Virus record (IMG/VR): IMGVR_UViG_3300042924_005627
Coordinates: 1-62,567 of that record
DNA from: a virus
Lineage: Duplodnaviria; Caudoviricetes
Strand: one strand, 5' to 3'
Length of the DNA: 62,567 bases
Each line of letters begins with the position of its first letter. Within the stretch, counting starts at the first letter, position 1. The notes beneath the pieces were generated by a model that worked only from the letters and a program-made list of their open reading frames with translations, ran no database searches and was not told where the DNA came from. Shown in pieces: positions 27,013 through 36,864 of the stretch. The position numbers were made by a program, and so were the translations under genes.

Positions 27013-27864
27013 ATGTCCGTTTCAATAATAACTGCATGTAAAAACAGATCTAAAGCTTTGGCTGTATCTATGGCTTCATGGATGCAGTTTGATGAGGTTG
27101 ATGAAATACTAGTAACTAATTGGAATTCGGATGAATCTATAGATCATCTGACAGTTTTAAGTGAAAAGGTAAAAATAATTAATGTGAAAAATGAATCACA
27201 TTTTAATCAACCTCAACCATTAAATTTAGCATCGTCTTTAGTTAAGAGTGAATATCTATTAAAGTTGGATTGTGATCATATATTAAATCCATATTTCAAC
27301 TTTTTTCATTTTCATAAAATTGATGAAAATTCTTTTATATCCGGATCCAACAAATTACTGACTGGAATGGATTTTGATTTTTTACATCCACTCTGGGGTT
27401 TGTTGTATGTAAAAACCGAGATCTTTAAAAAACTTGGTGGATATAATGAAAATATGGGCAAGTATTATGCAGTAGAGGACGATGAGTTGGCGGTAAGGTT
27501 AATATCATATGGACTTAATCCAATATTGATAGACGCCCAGAAATTATCAGCCTTACATATTCCACATTCAGATAAAGATAGAGTTAAAAATTTTCAATCG
27601 TTTGACAGTATTAGTCAAATTTTGAGTGAATTTGGAAAAGATTTTGTAGGAGATGATCTTTACACTTATATGGCAAAATTGTGTAAAGAAAAAAATCATA
27701 ATGTATATCCTATATCCGCAAGAATGATGGAAATACTTGATTTGGAAGAGAAAAATGAGTACAGTGAAATAATCGACGTAAACGTTGAGTGGTATTCAGA
27801 ACCAATCTACAAATGGAAAGTTACCCAAGTAAATGATCAAATATATGAAGCTGTTAAAATATGA
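27013..27864 (+). CDS. GT2 / GT7-C-type glycosyltransferase
   Basis: VSIITACKNR, KLDCD (DxD), GGYNENM..Y..EDDEL. Confidence 0.85.
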   Translation: MSVSIITACKNRSKALAVSMASWMQFDEVDEILVTNWNSDESIDHLTVLSEKVKIINVKNESHFNQPQPLNLASSLVKSEYLLKLDCDHILNPYFNFFHFHKIDENSFISGSNKLLTGMDFDFLHPLWGLLYVKTEIFKKLGGYNENMGKYYAVEDDELAVRLISYGLNPILIDAQKLSALHIPHSDKDRVKNFQSFDSISQILSEFGKDFVGDDLYTYMAKLCKEKNHNVYPISARMMEILDLEEKNEYSEIIDVNVEWYSEPIYKWKVTQVNDQIYEAVKI

Positions 27865-28715
27865 GTATTTCAATAATATCCGCATGTAAAAACAGAGGTG
27901 AAGCTTTAACTGTATCCATAAGTTCATGGATACAGTTTGATGAAGTTGAAGAAGTTATAGTAACAGATTGGAATTCTGACATTCCTGTTGACCATTTAAC
28001 TCGACTAGACAGTAGAATTAAAATTATTACTGTCCCCGGAGAACCATATTTTAATCAACCTCAACCACTAAATTTAGCAGCATCTTTAGTTAAAAGTAAG
28101 TCTATTTTAAAGTTGGATTCTGACACTGTTATGAATCCATATTTTAATTTTTTCGATCACCATACTATTGATGACAATTCATTCTTAACTGGTACTGACG
28201 AATCCTGGCATTTTACTAATTCTAAATTAGATCCAAAACATGTCTATCAAAACTACAAATACCTTAAACCCTTGTGGGGTACTTTGTACATAACAAAAGA
28301 AAATTACTTCAAGATTGGTGGATATAATGAAAATATGAACAAATATGCTGCTTGGGAGGATACTGAAATTTATGAAAGACTTTTACTGTTGGGTCTAAAA
28401 CACGTAAACATCAAATTCGATAAGAAAACACTCTTTTCATTACCACATTTAACGAAAAAAAGGGTAGAAGAGTTCCAGGCTTATAAAGAAAACAAATACC
28501 TAGAATTAACAATTAGAGAACATCTTAAAAAATATAATAATGTTGATGATGATAATGTAGTACACAAGTTAATTCTAGAAAAACACAATAGAAAAAACTA
28601 CAAAAAGTACAAATTAAAAGAGAATACTGGTTACTATGTAAAACCTGTGGTAAAATGGTCTATAGAGCAAACTTCCCCTCAACATTACATTGCTCAAAAA
28701 ATACACAATAAATAA
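27861..28715 (+). CDS. GT2 / GT7-C-type glycosyltransferase (paralogue)
   Basis: ISIISACKNR, KLDSD, GGYNENM..YAAWEDTE. Confidence 0.85.
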   Translation: MSISIISACKNRGEALTVSISSWIQFDEVEEVIVTDWNSDIPVDHLTRLDSRIKIITVPGEPYFNQPQPLNLAASLVKSKSILKLDSDTVMNPYFNFFDHHTIDDNSFLTGTDESWHFTNSKLDPKHVYQNYKYLKPLWGTLYITKENYFKIGGYNENMNKYAAWEDTEIYERLLLLGLKHVNIKFDKKTLFSLPHLTKKRVEEFQAYKENKYLELTIREHLKKYNNVDDDNVVHKLILEKHNRKNYKKYKLKENTGYYVKPVVKWSIEQTSPQHYIAQKIHNK

Positions 28716-28739
28716 ATTATATTGAAATTCGTAAACTAA

Positions 28740-28988
28740 ATGGCGACTTATCCTGTTATTAATAAATCCACTGGTGAACAGAAAGAAGTGATCATGAGTG
28801 TTCACGACTGGACTCAGTGGAAGAACGATAATCCAGATTGGGAGAGAGATTGGAGTGATCCAGCAACTTGCCCCAATTCTGGTGAAGTAGGCGAGTGGAA
28901 AGATAAACTGATTTCCAGAAATCCAGGCTGGAATGATGTTCTTACCAAAGCCGGAAAAGCACCTGGTTCTCGTGTGAAGAAAATCTAA
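28740..28988 (+). CDS. conserved cyanophage protein upstream of phoH
   Basis: MATYPVIN..TGEQKEV.MS...W..W...NPDW. Confidence 0.8.
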   Translation: MATYPVINKSTGEQKEVIMSVHDWTQWKNDNPDWERDWSDPATCPNSGEVGEWKDKLISRNPGWNDVLTKAGKAPGSRVKKI

Positions 28989-29747
28989 ATGGCAAGACAA
29001 AGAAAAACATCCAACGGCAACATTGGGATTGGTATGAGCGCAAAACAATTGCGTCGTAAAAAACCAATCAACTCTGAATTGATGGTGGATATTTCTCCAC
29101 TTACAGACAATCAAAAAAGATTTTTTGATGAATATAAAAAAGGTAAGAATATTTTTGCCTATGGTGCTGCAGGTACAGGTAAAACTTTTGTAGGACTATA
29201 CTTAGCACTTAAGGATGTTTTGGACGAGAGAACTCCTTATGATAAAGTTTATATTGTAAGATCTTTGGTTTCTACTCGTGAGATTGGTTTCCTTCCTGGA
29301 GATCATGAAGATAAGTCTTCATTGTATCAGATTCCTTATAAGAACATGTGTAAGTACATGTTTGAGTTGCCTTCTGACGCAGACTTTGAGATGCTCTACG
29401 GTAATCTCAAAGCTCAAGAAACAATCTCATTCTGGTCTACAAGTTTTATTCGTGGTACTACTCTAGACAATGCAATTGTTCTTGTTGATGAAATGCAAAA
29501 CTTGAACTTTCACGAATTAGATAGTATAATTACTCGTATTGGTGAGAATAGTAAAATCTTATTTTGTGGTGACGCTACTCAATCAGATCTTGTTAAAACT
29601 CACGAAAAGAATGGTATTCTAGATTTTATGAAAATCATTCGTGCAATGGAATATGATTTTTCCAGTGTAGAATTTGGAGTTGATGATATTGTTCGTTCTG
29701 GACTTGTCAAAAACTACATTGTTACAAAGTTGGCTTTAGGTATGTAA
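28989..29747 (+). CDS. phoH: PhoH-family ATPase
   Basis: GAAGTGKT, IGFLPG, SFIRGTT, DEMQN, GDATQSD, DIVRSGLV. Confidence 0.96.
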   Translation: MARQRKTSNGNIGIGMSAKQLRRKKPINSELMVDISPLTDNQKRFFDEYKKGKNIFAYGAAGTGKTFVGLYLALKDVLDERTPYDKVYIVRSLVSTREIGFLPGDHEDKSSLYQIPYKNMCKYMFELPSDADFEMLYGNLKAQETISFWSTSFIRGTTLDNAIVLVDEMQNLNFHELDSIITRIGENSKILFCGDATQSDLVKTHEKNGILDFMKIIRAMEYDFSSVEFGVDDIVRSGLVKNYIVTKLALGM

Positions 29748-30433
29748 TGTTTGTTCATCTAGATTATTTAAAAGAAGAGCTTGATCTACAATCTGAAAAT
29801 ATTGAGGGTACGAGATTTTATCGTACCCCTTCTGGTAAGTTGTATCCTTCTATTACTTCTATTACCAGTTTTTATGGTAGACAAAAGTTTATTGACTGGC
29901 GTAAAAAAGTTGGTGAGGAAGAAGCCAATAAGATCACTAAGGTTGCAACAGATCGCGGAACTAAATTCCATGATATTGTTGAAAAGTATTTGTTAAATGA
30001 AGATATTGACAAATATAACCCACTTCCTGTAACGAAGTTTCTCTTTCTTGCTGCTAAACCCTATCTGGATCGTATAAATAATATACATGCTTTAGAAAAG
30101 TCACTATACAGTGACTACTTGGGACTTGCGGGCAGAGTAGATTGCATCGCTGAGTACGAAGGAGAGCTCGCAGTTATTGACTTTAAGACTTCAAAGAAAA
30201 TAAAACCTGAAGAATGGATTGAAAATTACTTTGTCCAGGAAACAGCATATGCTTGCATGTATTATGAAATGACTGGTATTCCAGTCCAAAAACTGATTAC
30301 TATTATGGTTGCTGACAACGGAGAATGTTTTGTCTATGAAAAAAGAAACAAAGGTCACTATATTAAACTTCTTACCAAATACATCAGAGAGTTCGTCGCT
30401 CATCATACCGAAACCCATGCAGAACAACACTGA
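29747..30433 (+). CDS. PD-(D/E)xK exonuclease
   Basis: YPSIT, RGTKFH, LAGRVDC, IDFKTS, YFVQ..AY. Confidence 0.9.
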   Translation: MFVHLDYLKEELDLQSENIEGTRFYRTPSGKLYPSITSITSFYGRQKFIDWRKKVGEEEANKITKVATDRGTKFHDIVEKYLLNEDIDKYNPLPVTKFLFLAAKPYLDRINNIHALEKSLYSDYLGLAGRVDCIAEYEGELAVIDFKTSKKIKPEEWIENYFVQETAYACMYYEMTGIPVQKLITIMVADNGECFVYEKRNKGHYIKLLTKYIREFVAHHTETHAEQH

Positions 30434-30680
30434 AGATGTAAATTCACTCATTAAAGAAAAATTTCTCTGTCAGTCTAAGTTCGCACAAGACATTGAACAT
30501 CTTGTGATGAGTTCAAAAATTAATTATATTGAAGCCATTGTCACTTATTGTGAAGAGAATGGTATTGAATTTGAATCTGTTTCAAAACTCATTTCAAAAC
30601 CATTGAAAGAGAAATTAAAACACGAGGCAACTCAACTTAACTTCCTAAAGAAAACAAGTCGTGCTAAACTAGTATTCTGA
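30417..30680 (+). CDS. gp33: late transcription coactivator gp33
   Basis: NYIEAIV.YCE.N.IE.ESV.KLISKPLKEKL..EA..LNF; synteny with gp59 and gp32. Confidence 0.88.
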   Translation: MQNNTEDVNSLIKEKFLCQSKFAQDIEHLVMSSKINYIEAIVTYCEENGIEFESVSKLISKPLKEKLKHEATQLNFLKKTSRAKLVF

Positions 30681-31270
30681 TGACGCCAATAGAGGTATAC
30701 AAAACATACCTGGCATTCAAGAATCATTTCACTAAACCAAACTACGATTACTTTCAATATTGCGGAAAGTCCAGAGCTTCAAAAGAGTCCTTTAACAAAA
30801 GGAAAGATCGATATTTCTTTGAACGTATGTCTCGTCAGAAATCTGATGACGAGATCCGTCAATATTTCTTGGCTAATTTTGTAGAATGTGATGATCCTGC
30901 TAAACTTTGGATCGGTGAAATCATTGAGTCAGGTGAAAAAAATTATTCAAACTGGGTGAAAAGATCTCAAAGCCTCTACTATCTCTTCAAGACAGAGGCT
31001 GAAGTCTTTATCCATAAAGACAACTTCAATGAGTTATTTGAAGTTCGTGGATCATCTCACCCAGAAATCCTTAAAAAGTATTTGCAAAACGCTATATCCA
31101 TAGAAACTTTTGTGATCATAGATATGATCCTCAATTTTTCTAAGAAATTTGATAAAAAACTCCTAGATCCTGTGTGGGAATCCGTCAGTTTACGCATCAA
31201 AAAATACAAATCGTTCCTAAATATTGATAAGGAAAAGTACACACAGACACTAAAGGAGATCGTATTGTGA
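30680..31270 (+). CDS. gp59: helicase loader gp59
   Basis: YK.YLA.K.HF...YDY..Y.GK...F.KRKDRYFF. Confidence 0.9.
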   Translation: MTPIEVYKTYLAFKNHFTKPNYDYFQYCGKSRASKESFNKRKDRYFFERMSRQKSDDEIRQYFLANFVECDDPAKLWIGEIIESGEKNYSNWVKRSQSLYYLFKTEAEVFIHKDNFNELFEVRGSSHPEILKKYLQNAISIETFVIIDMILNFSKKFDKKLLDPVWESVSLRIKKYKSFLNIDKEKYTQTLKEIVL

Positions 31271-31596
31271 GTGGATTTTTTCAATCCGAAATCGTAAGAG
31301 AAGCCATCAAAGAGATGGAAGAACTCCAACAACGAATTATTAAAGATACCTTCAAAGCTCCTCTCATGAATAGAGAAGAAAAGAAGGAACATGTAGAACT
31401 CATGAGAACTTTTCTAGAGAAACAGAAGAATCTTTACTTCCGTCTTTCGTTATCTGATGACCCAGAAGCACTTGAAATGAAAGAAAGAATTCAGGATGCT
31501 GCAGAGTTTCTTGGTTTTAAAGGTAATAATGTTAATGAGTTATTCTCAGAAATGGAAACAACTCTAGAAAGACTAGATAAAATCGCAGATATGTAA
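31267..31596 (+). CDS. DUF1825-like hypothetical protein
   Basis: FF.SEIV.....L.ELQ...LEKQ...Y.RLSLSDDPEA..MK. Confidence 0.7.
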   Translation: MSGFFQSEIVREAIKEMEELQQRIIKDTFKAPLMNREEKKEHVELMRTFLEKQKNLYFRLSLSDDPEALEMKERIQDAAEFLGFKGNNVNELFSEMETTLERLDKIADM

Positions 31597-31597
31597 T

Positions 31598-31867
31598 ATG
31601 TCCTACCACTACAAGATCACCTCCACATATTGTTACCACAACGGTGAGATTGTAGACATGTATTTCATTAACGGAATTCCTTTTACATTTGATGATATTC
31701 CGTTAATTATGCAGGAAGATCCATACATACAGATAGAAGCAGAAAGTAATGAATATTATACTTCTGAAGACATGTATCGTTGGTCAAATTATTTGATTGA
31801 CGAAGAATGTCATCCTCTTTTGTTTGAAATGCAACTGGAAAATCCAGAGGAAATGCCTAAAGACTAG
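31598..31867 (+). CDS. hypothetical protein
   Basis: ORF track. Confidence 0.7.
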   Translation: MSYHYKITSTYCYHNGEIVDMYFINGIPFTFDDIPLIMQEDPYIQIEAESNEYYTSEDMYRWSNYLIDEECHPLLFEMQLENPEEMPKD

Positions 31868-31870
31868 GGC

Positions 31871-31899
31871 TTGACAACCCTTCTACCCTGCGGTAAGAT
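31871..31899 (+). promoter_or_regulatory. sigma70-type promoter of gp32
   Basis: TTGACA-17-TAAGAT. Confidence 0.7.
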
Positions 31900-31943
31900 A
31901 AAGTCGTCCCAAAGGCCAAATACACTCAATACGGAGAATACAA

Positions 31944-32867
31944 ATGTCTTTTGCTGATCTCAAGAAACAGTCCCGTGCTGGTTCACTGACTGAAAAACTG
32001 ATCAAACAAGTCGAAAAACTGAATAGTGGAGAAAGTGGTTCTGATGATCGTTTCTGGAAACCTGAAGTAGACAAAGCCGGAAATGGTTACGCAGTCATCC
32101 GATTCCTCCCTGCACCCGAAGGATGTGAACTTCCTTGGGCTCAAGTCTGGAGTCATGCATTCCAAGGCCCTGGTGGTTGGTACATCGAAAACTCTCTGAC
32201 GACTCTGGGACAGAAAGATCCTGTGTCCGAACACAACCGTGTTCTGTGGAACTCTGGATCCGATCGTGATAAGGAGATTGCTCGGAAACAGAAACGCAAA
32301 CTCTCCTACTACGCCAACATCTATGTGGTGAGTGATCCTGCACACCCCGAGAATGAGGGTCGTGTGTTCCTCTACAAGTTCGGTAAGAAGATCTATGATA
32401 AGATTACCGAAGCGATGCAACCGCAGTTTGCCGATGAAGAAGCTGTCAATCCTTTTGACTTCTGGACTGGTGCTAACTTCAAACTGAAGATTCGTAAGGT
32501 TGAAGGTTACTGGAACTACGATAAGTCCGAGTTTGAGAAGCCTTCTACTCTTCTGGATGATGATGACAAACTGGAACGCATCTATAAGAACCTGAACGAT
32601 CTCAATGAGTTCGCTGCTACATCAAACTTCAAGTCCTACGAGGAACTGAAGAAGCGTCTGGATTATGTCCTGGGTGCAAAAGCCCCCGCACGACAGGATC
32701 CTGAGACCGTTGAAGAGGATGAACAGTGGGAAGCAGAACGTCGTGGTGAGTCTGCTCCGAAGCGTTCCACTCCTTCCTTTGAGATTGCTCGTCCTGCAGT
32801 ACAGGAAGAAGATGATGAAGATGCAGATGATGCTCTGAGTTACTTCCAAAAACTCGCCGAGTCCTGA
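31944..32867 (+). CDS. gp32: single-stranded DNA-binding protein
   Basis: DDRFWK..DKAGNGYAVIRFLP, GGWYIENS.TT, KFGKKI, GANFKLK, NYDKS, acidic tail. Confidence 0.97.
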   Translation: MSFADLKKQSRAGSLTEKLIKQVEKLNSGESGSDDRFWKPEVDKAGNGYAVIRFLPAPEGCELPWAQVWSHAFQGPGGWYIENSLTTLGQKDPVSEHNRVLWNSGSDRDKEIARKQKRKLSYYANIYVVSDPAHPENEGRVFLYKFGKKIYDKITEAMQPQFADEEAVNPFDFWTGANFKLKIRKVEGYWNYDKSEFEKPSTLLDDDDKLERIYKNLNDLNEFAATSNFKSYEELKKRLDYVLGAKAPARQDPETVEEDEQWEAERRGESAPKRSTPSFEIARPAVQEEDDEDADDALSYFQKLAES

Positions 32868-32873
32868 TAAACT

Positions 32874-32902
32874 AAAAGGAGGGATAAAACCCTCCTTTTT
32901 TT
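32874..32902. terminator. bidirectional terminator between convergent gp32 and gp53
   Basis: AAAAGGAGGG-ATAAAA-CCCTCCTTTT(TTT). Confidence 0.88.
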
Positions 32903-35231
32903 ATATTCTCATGACTTTTTCGTTATAAGTCCTCTTAAGTTTATCATCAATATAATTTGGATCATCTTGATTATACGTCATAATATTTCTAAGATCATTA
33001 ATAACTGCAGATAAGTATTCTGGTTTTAGAATTATTATTTTTCTTTTTTCGTCGTTTAACCTGGATTCATATTCATAATGTGATATTGGTCTGCAAAGTG
33101 AAGATCCTGGTATTCTAATTATAGAGTTTGTAGTTGGATCAAAGTATTGAAACTCCTCTGTAATTTTTTCTTGCCATTCTGTTCCAGTCCATCTCCAAGT
33201 AGTTTGATTTTGATTATATAAACCACCAACTTCAACGTTTAAAATTTCTTCTGGTGAACTTACGGTAATGGTTGGCGTTGTAACGTAGTTTGTTCCCCCA
33301 TCAATAATTTGAATGTTTCCTATACCAGTGTTTACTAATTGGAATGTTATTGTTGCTTTTCTAGATATCGGAGCATTTTCAATAGACACGGTTGGAGCTA
33401 CAGTATATCCAAATCCAGTATTTGTTATAGTGATACTGGTAACAATTCCACTTGTTAAATTTGCTGTTCCTGTGGCGGTTACAGCAGGATATGGGTTTCC
33501 AATAGTTATTGTTGGAGGTACTGTATAACCAACTCCTGAATTTGTAATATTAATATTACTGACAGACCCTCCAGTAACTTCTGCAACTCCTTTTGCCGTA
33601 GAAATTAAATTATATTCAAATAATTTGTTACTTGGATCACCGCCTACTATAAATTTTTCACTATTAGGTTGTATAAAAATGTCACATGGTTCTCCGATTC
33701 TATCTCCAACATAAAAATCATACGCATAAGTTGCGGTGTTTAATTGCCACGATTGTAAATTAAATTCGTAAATACTGGAACTACCTTGACTTGTTGCAAA
33801 CAATTTAGTTCCATTAGAATTAAAAGTAAATCCTAGAATAGAATCATCTCCAGTAGTGGTTGTGATATTTAAACTACTTACTGATGATCCACTTCTTGTC
33901 GTGATATTCCAAGGAGTTGCAACAGAATATTCTCTAATTACATCGGGATTAGAAAAGTCTAGAATAAAAACCACAGTTCCATCTGGTTTAAATCTTATTC
34001 CACCTGGAGAAGCTATGGTAATTTCATTCCATTTTGTTGCAGATGAAAGATTCCATGCAGTAGACAAATTATAAGCTATTATTTTATAAGAAGACCCGAC
34101 TCCACCAGTTACATACATTATAGTTCCATCTGGTTTAAATTCAACACCAGTAGTATAACTAAAATCTGCACTTACATCTAATTGATAAGTCAATGAGATT
34201 GAATCAATATTCCAAGCACTACTCAAAGTATACTGTTTAATTTGATTTGCACCAGTAAAACTGGCTGTGTATAAGTAATTTCCAGCAGCATTTAAATAGA
34301 AACCTTCTATATTATTACCTACTGAAATTGGTGACTCTTTATCATATGATCCAACTACAACTCTTGGAGATGGTGAAAATGTTACTGTTGGTGCTGTAAA
34401 CCCATAACCAATTCCGCCAACTAAATTTTTAATTGTTGTAACTCTATCAATATTAATTCCATCACCCAATTCACATTCAGCAGTTGCTTGGACTGATTGA
34501 ATTGGACTTGAGAATGTTACTTGGGGAACATTGTTATAACCTTGACCTCCCACTATACTTACAATCGAAGATACTCTGAAATTACTAATTAAACTACTTG
34601 CTGAAGCATTAACAGTAACTGGAGGGTTGGAAATTGTGATTGTTGGAATTTGCGTATATCCCAGTCCAGGATTTGTAATTTGTATGGATTGTATAGTGTT
34701 GCCAAAACCTACCACGGGAGTTAATACAGCCTGAGTTCCTGGAACATAAATTGGTGGAAATGATATTCCAGGAGGTTCTTCGTCTAAACTTACATATTCT
34801 GGACTTTTATAAAAAGCCTCATCAAGAATTACTCCACCAGGAAAAACTTCTCTACCGAAAGAATCTTTTGTGGAAATAGATTCATAATGACGAATTTGAG
34901 TAAAACCATCTTCAGAACCATATTTTTCCAACATGTAGGTATTAAAATTGTCAAGAGATAAGGGCCATTCGTCTTGAACATTAATAATATTATTGGTAGT
35001 CAATATAACCCAATCTAATTCTGGATCTCCATAAATTTTTTCTGCAACCTCATCCGGTCTTTCATTTTCAGTAATTATGTAATATTCAAAAGCTGCAGTT
35101 ATTGAACTTAGGTCTTCTCTAAGTTTCGCTCTCTTAAAAATATTTTTGACAATAAGTGTTTCATCATTAGATACTTGATTTTTTGTTCTATTCAGAACTT
35201 GAATATTTGGTAATTCTTTAAAGTATGACAT
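32901..35231 (-). CDS. gp53: baseplate wedge gp53 with a large internal insertion
   Basis: N-terminal YF..LP...NIF.R...ERPD.VA..IYGD..LDWVIL..NNI; C-terminal YEYE..LN..KR.I.ILKPEY. Confidence 0.85.
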   Translation of the reverse strand: MSYFKELPNIQVLNRTKNQVSNDETLIVKNIFKRAKLREDLSSITAAFEYYIITENERPDEVAEKIYGDPELDWVILTTNNIINVQDEWPLSLDNFNTYMLEKYGSEDGFTQIRHYESISTKDSFGREVFPGGVILDEAFYKSPEYVSLDEEPPGISFPPIYVPGTQAVLTPVVGFGNTIQSIQITNPGLGYTQIPTITISNPPVTVNASASSLISNFRVSSIVSIVGGQGYNNVPQVTFSSPIQSVQATAECELGDGINIDRVTTIKNLVGGIGYGFTAPTVTFSPSPRVVVGSYDKESPISVGNNIEGFYLNAAGNYLYTASFTGANQIKQYTLSSAWNIDSISLTYQLDVSADFSYTTGVEFKPDGTIMYVTGGVGSSYKIIAYNLSTAWNLSSATKWNEITIASPGGIRFKPDGTVVFILDFSNPDVIREYSVATPWNITTRSGSSVSSLNITTTTGDDSILGFTFNSNGTKLFATSQGSSSIYEFNLQSWQLNTATYAYDFYVGDRIGEPCDIFIQPNSEKFIVGGDPSNKLFEYNLISTAKGVAEVTGGSVSNINITNSGVGYTVPPTITIGNPYPAVTATGTANLTSGIVTSITITNTGFGYTVAPTVSIENAPISRKATITFQLVNTGIGNIQIIDGGTNYVTTPTITVSSPEEILNVEVGGLYNQNQTTWRWTGTEWQEKITEEFQYFDPTTNSIIRIPGSSLCRPISHYEYESRLNDEKRKIIILKPEYLSAVINDLRNIMTYNQDDPNYIDDKLKRTYNEKVMRI

Positions 35232-35232
35232 T

Positions 35233-36864
35233 TTAGTATCCTACTGAGTTCGAACTTACTGAAGATAAATCACCTCTATTCATAATATCTACTTTACCAG
35301 TCTTACTATCAACGCCAAAGATGTTTCCTTCTTGATAATCTGTGTCGTAAATTGGTTCAAGTTCATCAAACATCATTTGCATAGTAGTTGAAACTGGTTG
35401 ACCTTTTTCATATGCTGCCCATAAACCATCAGGGGTATAATTACAACTAAAACTTTTTAATGCACAAGTTTTAAATTTATTTACACCTGCAATTTCATTG
35501 GTTTTCCCATTTCTGAACTCTAATTTAAAAACATTTGGACTTCCCAAGAAAAAGGATGATTGTCCAGATTTACCTGACATTTTTTTAACTGCCATTCCTT
35601 GTTTAAAGAATCTTATGATTCTTCTAACCATTGCAGCTTCTTCTGGACTTCTTGGAGACAATCTATAACTAAATGTAAAACTTCTAAGTGTTGGTGCATT
35701 AAATAATAATTCTAGATTCGAATTTGGAACAATTCCTGCTCCTCTTGCGAGAATTGATTCGGCTTCAACACCCATGCCTTGCATTTTTAATAATCTCGAA
35801 ACTCCCTCACCTCCTATTAACATCGCTAGTTCTTCACTTACGGCTCCATCCTTAATTAATTGAAATAGATTTTTTCCCAACATAGCGGCTCCAGCACCTT
35901 TCTCCATTCCGGCACCAAGGAGGCCCCCAATCGCCGCACCACCTGCAGCAGTCAAAGCGGAAGCCTTAGCGTTCCCCATTGTTTGTGCAGCAACTGCAGC
36001 CGCGATATTTCCCATCGAATCTTCACCCCAACTAACATTATTGCTATCCGCAACACTATTAGGCATGGGAAGAAATACTGTTCCAATAATTTCAGATAAA
36101 TTTGATACTGTTTGGATTCCTTTTGATAAAGTTTGAACGGCCTCAGCAGTACCTCCAAAAATAGAACTAGCTTTAGATGGTCGATATCTGTATTGAGAAA
36201 TTGCAAAATGATCTTGAAGACTAGTCATTAAATCTTCAGGATATTTCATTTCTCCACTAAACAGTTCTTTTTCGTTTTTTACTCCAAAGTTAGCACCATT
36301 AACCGCAAAGTTTTTATAACTTTCAGCGGGATTCTGTAAGAACCCATACAAGGAACCTACTCCCCCGCCACCACCTACTCCTCCATCAGCTGAAGAACTT
36401 GTTGATCCTGATCCACCGCTACCAGGAATTGACCCAGAACCAGCAGCACTAGCTGCATTAGTTATTCTTGTTCCACTATTATTTCTTGTGCTTGAACCAC
36501 CCAATCCACCTACAGTTCCAGAAACAGCATTTTGTGGTGTAACAGATGATTGTCCAGGAGACCCAGTTGTAAAATTTTCAGATGCCCATTGTGGTAATTT
36601 TGACCCCGATGTAACTCCACCAACTTTTCTATATGCTGCTTGAACTGATATAATTGTTTGTGTATGTAATTGACTTTTTTCGTTATTAGTGAATCCTAAT
36701 GAAGTAGATGATACATTCCATTGACCATCTTGATAGATAGGTTTTGTTCCTGAAGGAGCGTTTTGTTGAATAATTTGGACATACCCAGTGATTGGATCAT
36801 ATTGCAGATTATATGAAACACCGTTTTTAGTAACTAATGGGGATTTAACGTTTGTATACGCCAC
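35233..36864 (-). CDS. gp48: baseplate tail-tube cap gp48 with Gly/Ser-rich N-terminal extension
   Basis: LPMP...D.N.V.W, N.NLELLF..PTLRSF.F.Y...PRS..EA, CAL....NYTP, F.ELEPIY. Confidence 0.88.
   Translation of the reverse strand: MAYTNVKSPLVTKNGVSYNLQYDPITGYVQIIQQNAPSGTKPIYQDGQWNVSSTSLGFTNNEKSQLHTQTIISVQAAYRKVGGVTSGSKLPQWASENFTTGSPGQSSVTPQNAVSGTVGGLGGSSTRNNSGTRITNAASAAGSGSIPGSGGSGSTSSSADGGVGGGGGVGSLYGFLQNPAESYKNFAVNGANFGVKNEKELFSGEMKYPEDLMTSLQDHFAISQYRYRPSKASSIFGGTAEAVQTLSKGIQTVSNLSEIIGTVFLPMPNSVADSNNVSWGEDSMGNIAAAVAAQTMGNAKASALTAAGGAAIGGLLGAGMEKGAGAAMLGKNLFQLIKDGAVSEELAMLIGGEGVSRLLKMQGMGVEAESILARGAGIVPNSNLELLFNAPTLRSFTFSYRLSPRSPEEAAMVRRIIRFFKQGMAVKKMSGKSGQSSFFLGSPNVFKLEFRNGKTNEIAGVNKFKTCALKSFSCNYTPDGLWAAYEKGQPVSTTMQMMFDELEPIYDTDYQEGNIFGVDSKTGKVDIMNRGDLSSVSSNSVGY

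Noticed and set aside
29747-30433. Cas4/CRISPR system
   Set aside because: No Fe-S cysteine set, no repeat-spacer array seen in the window; usual exonuclease beside phoH.
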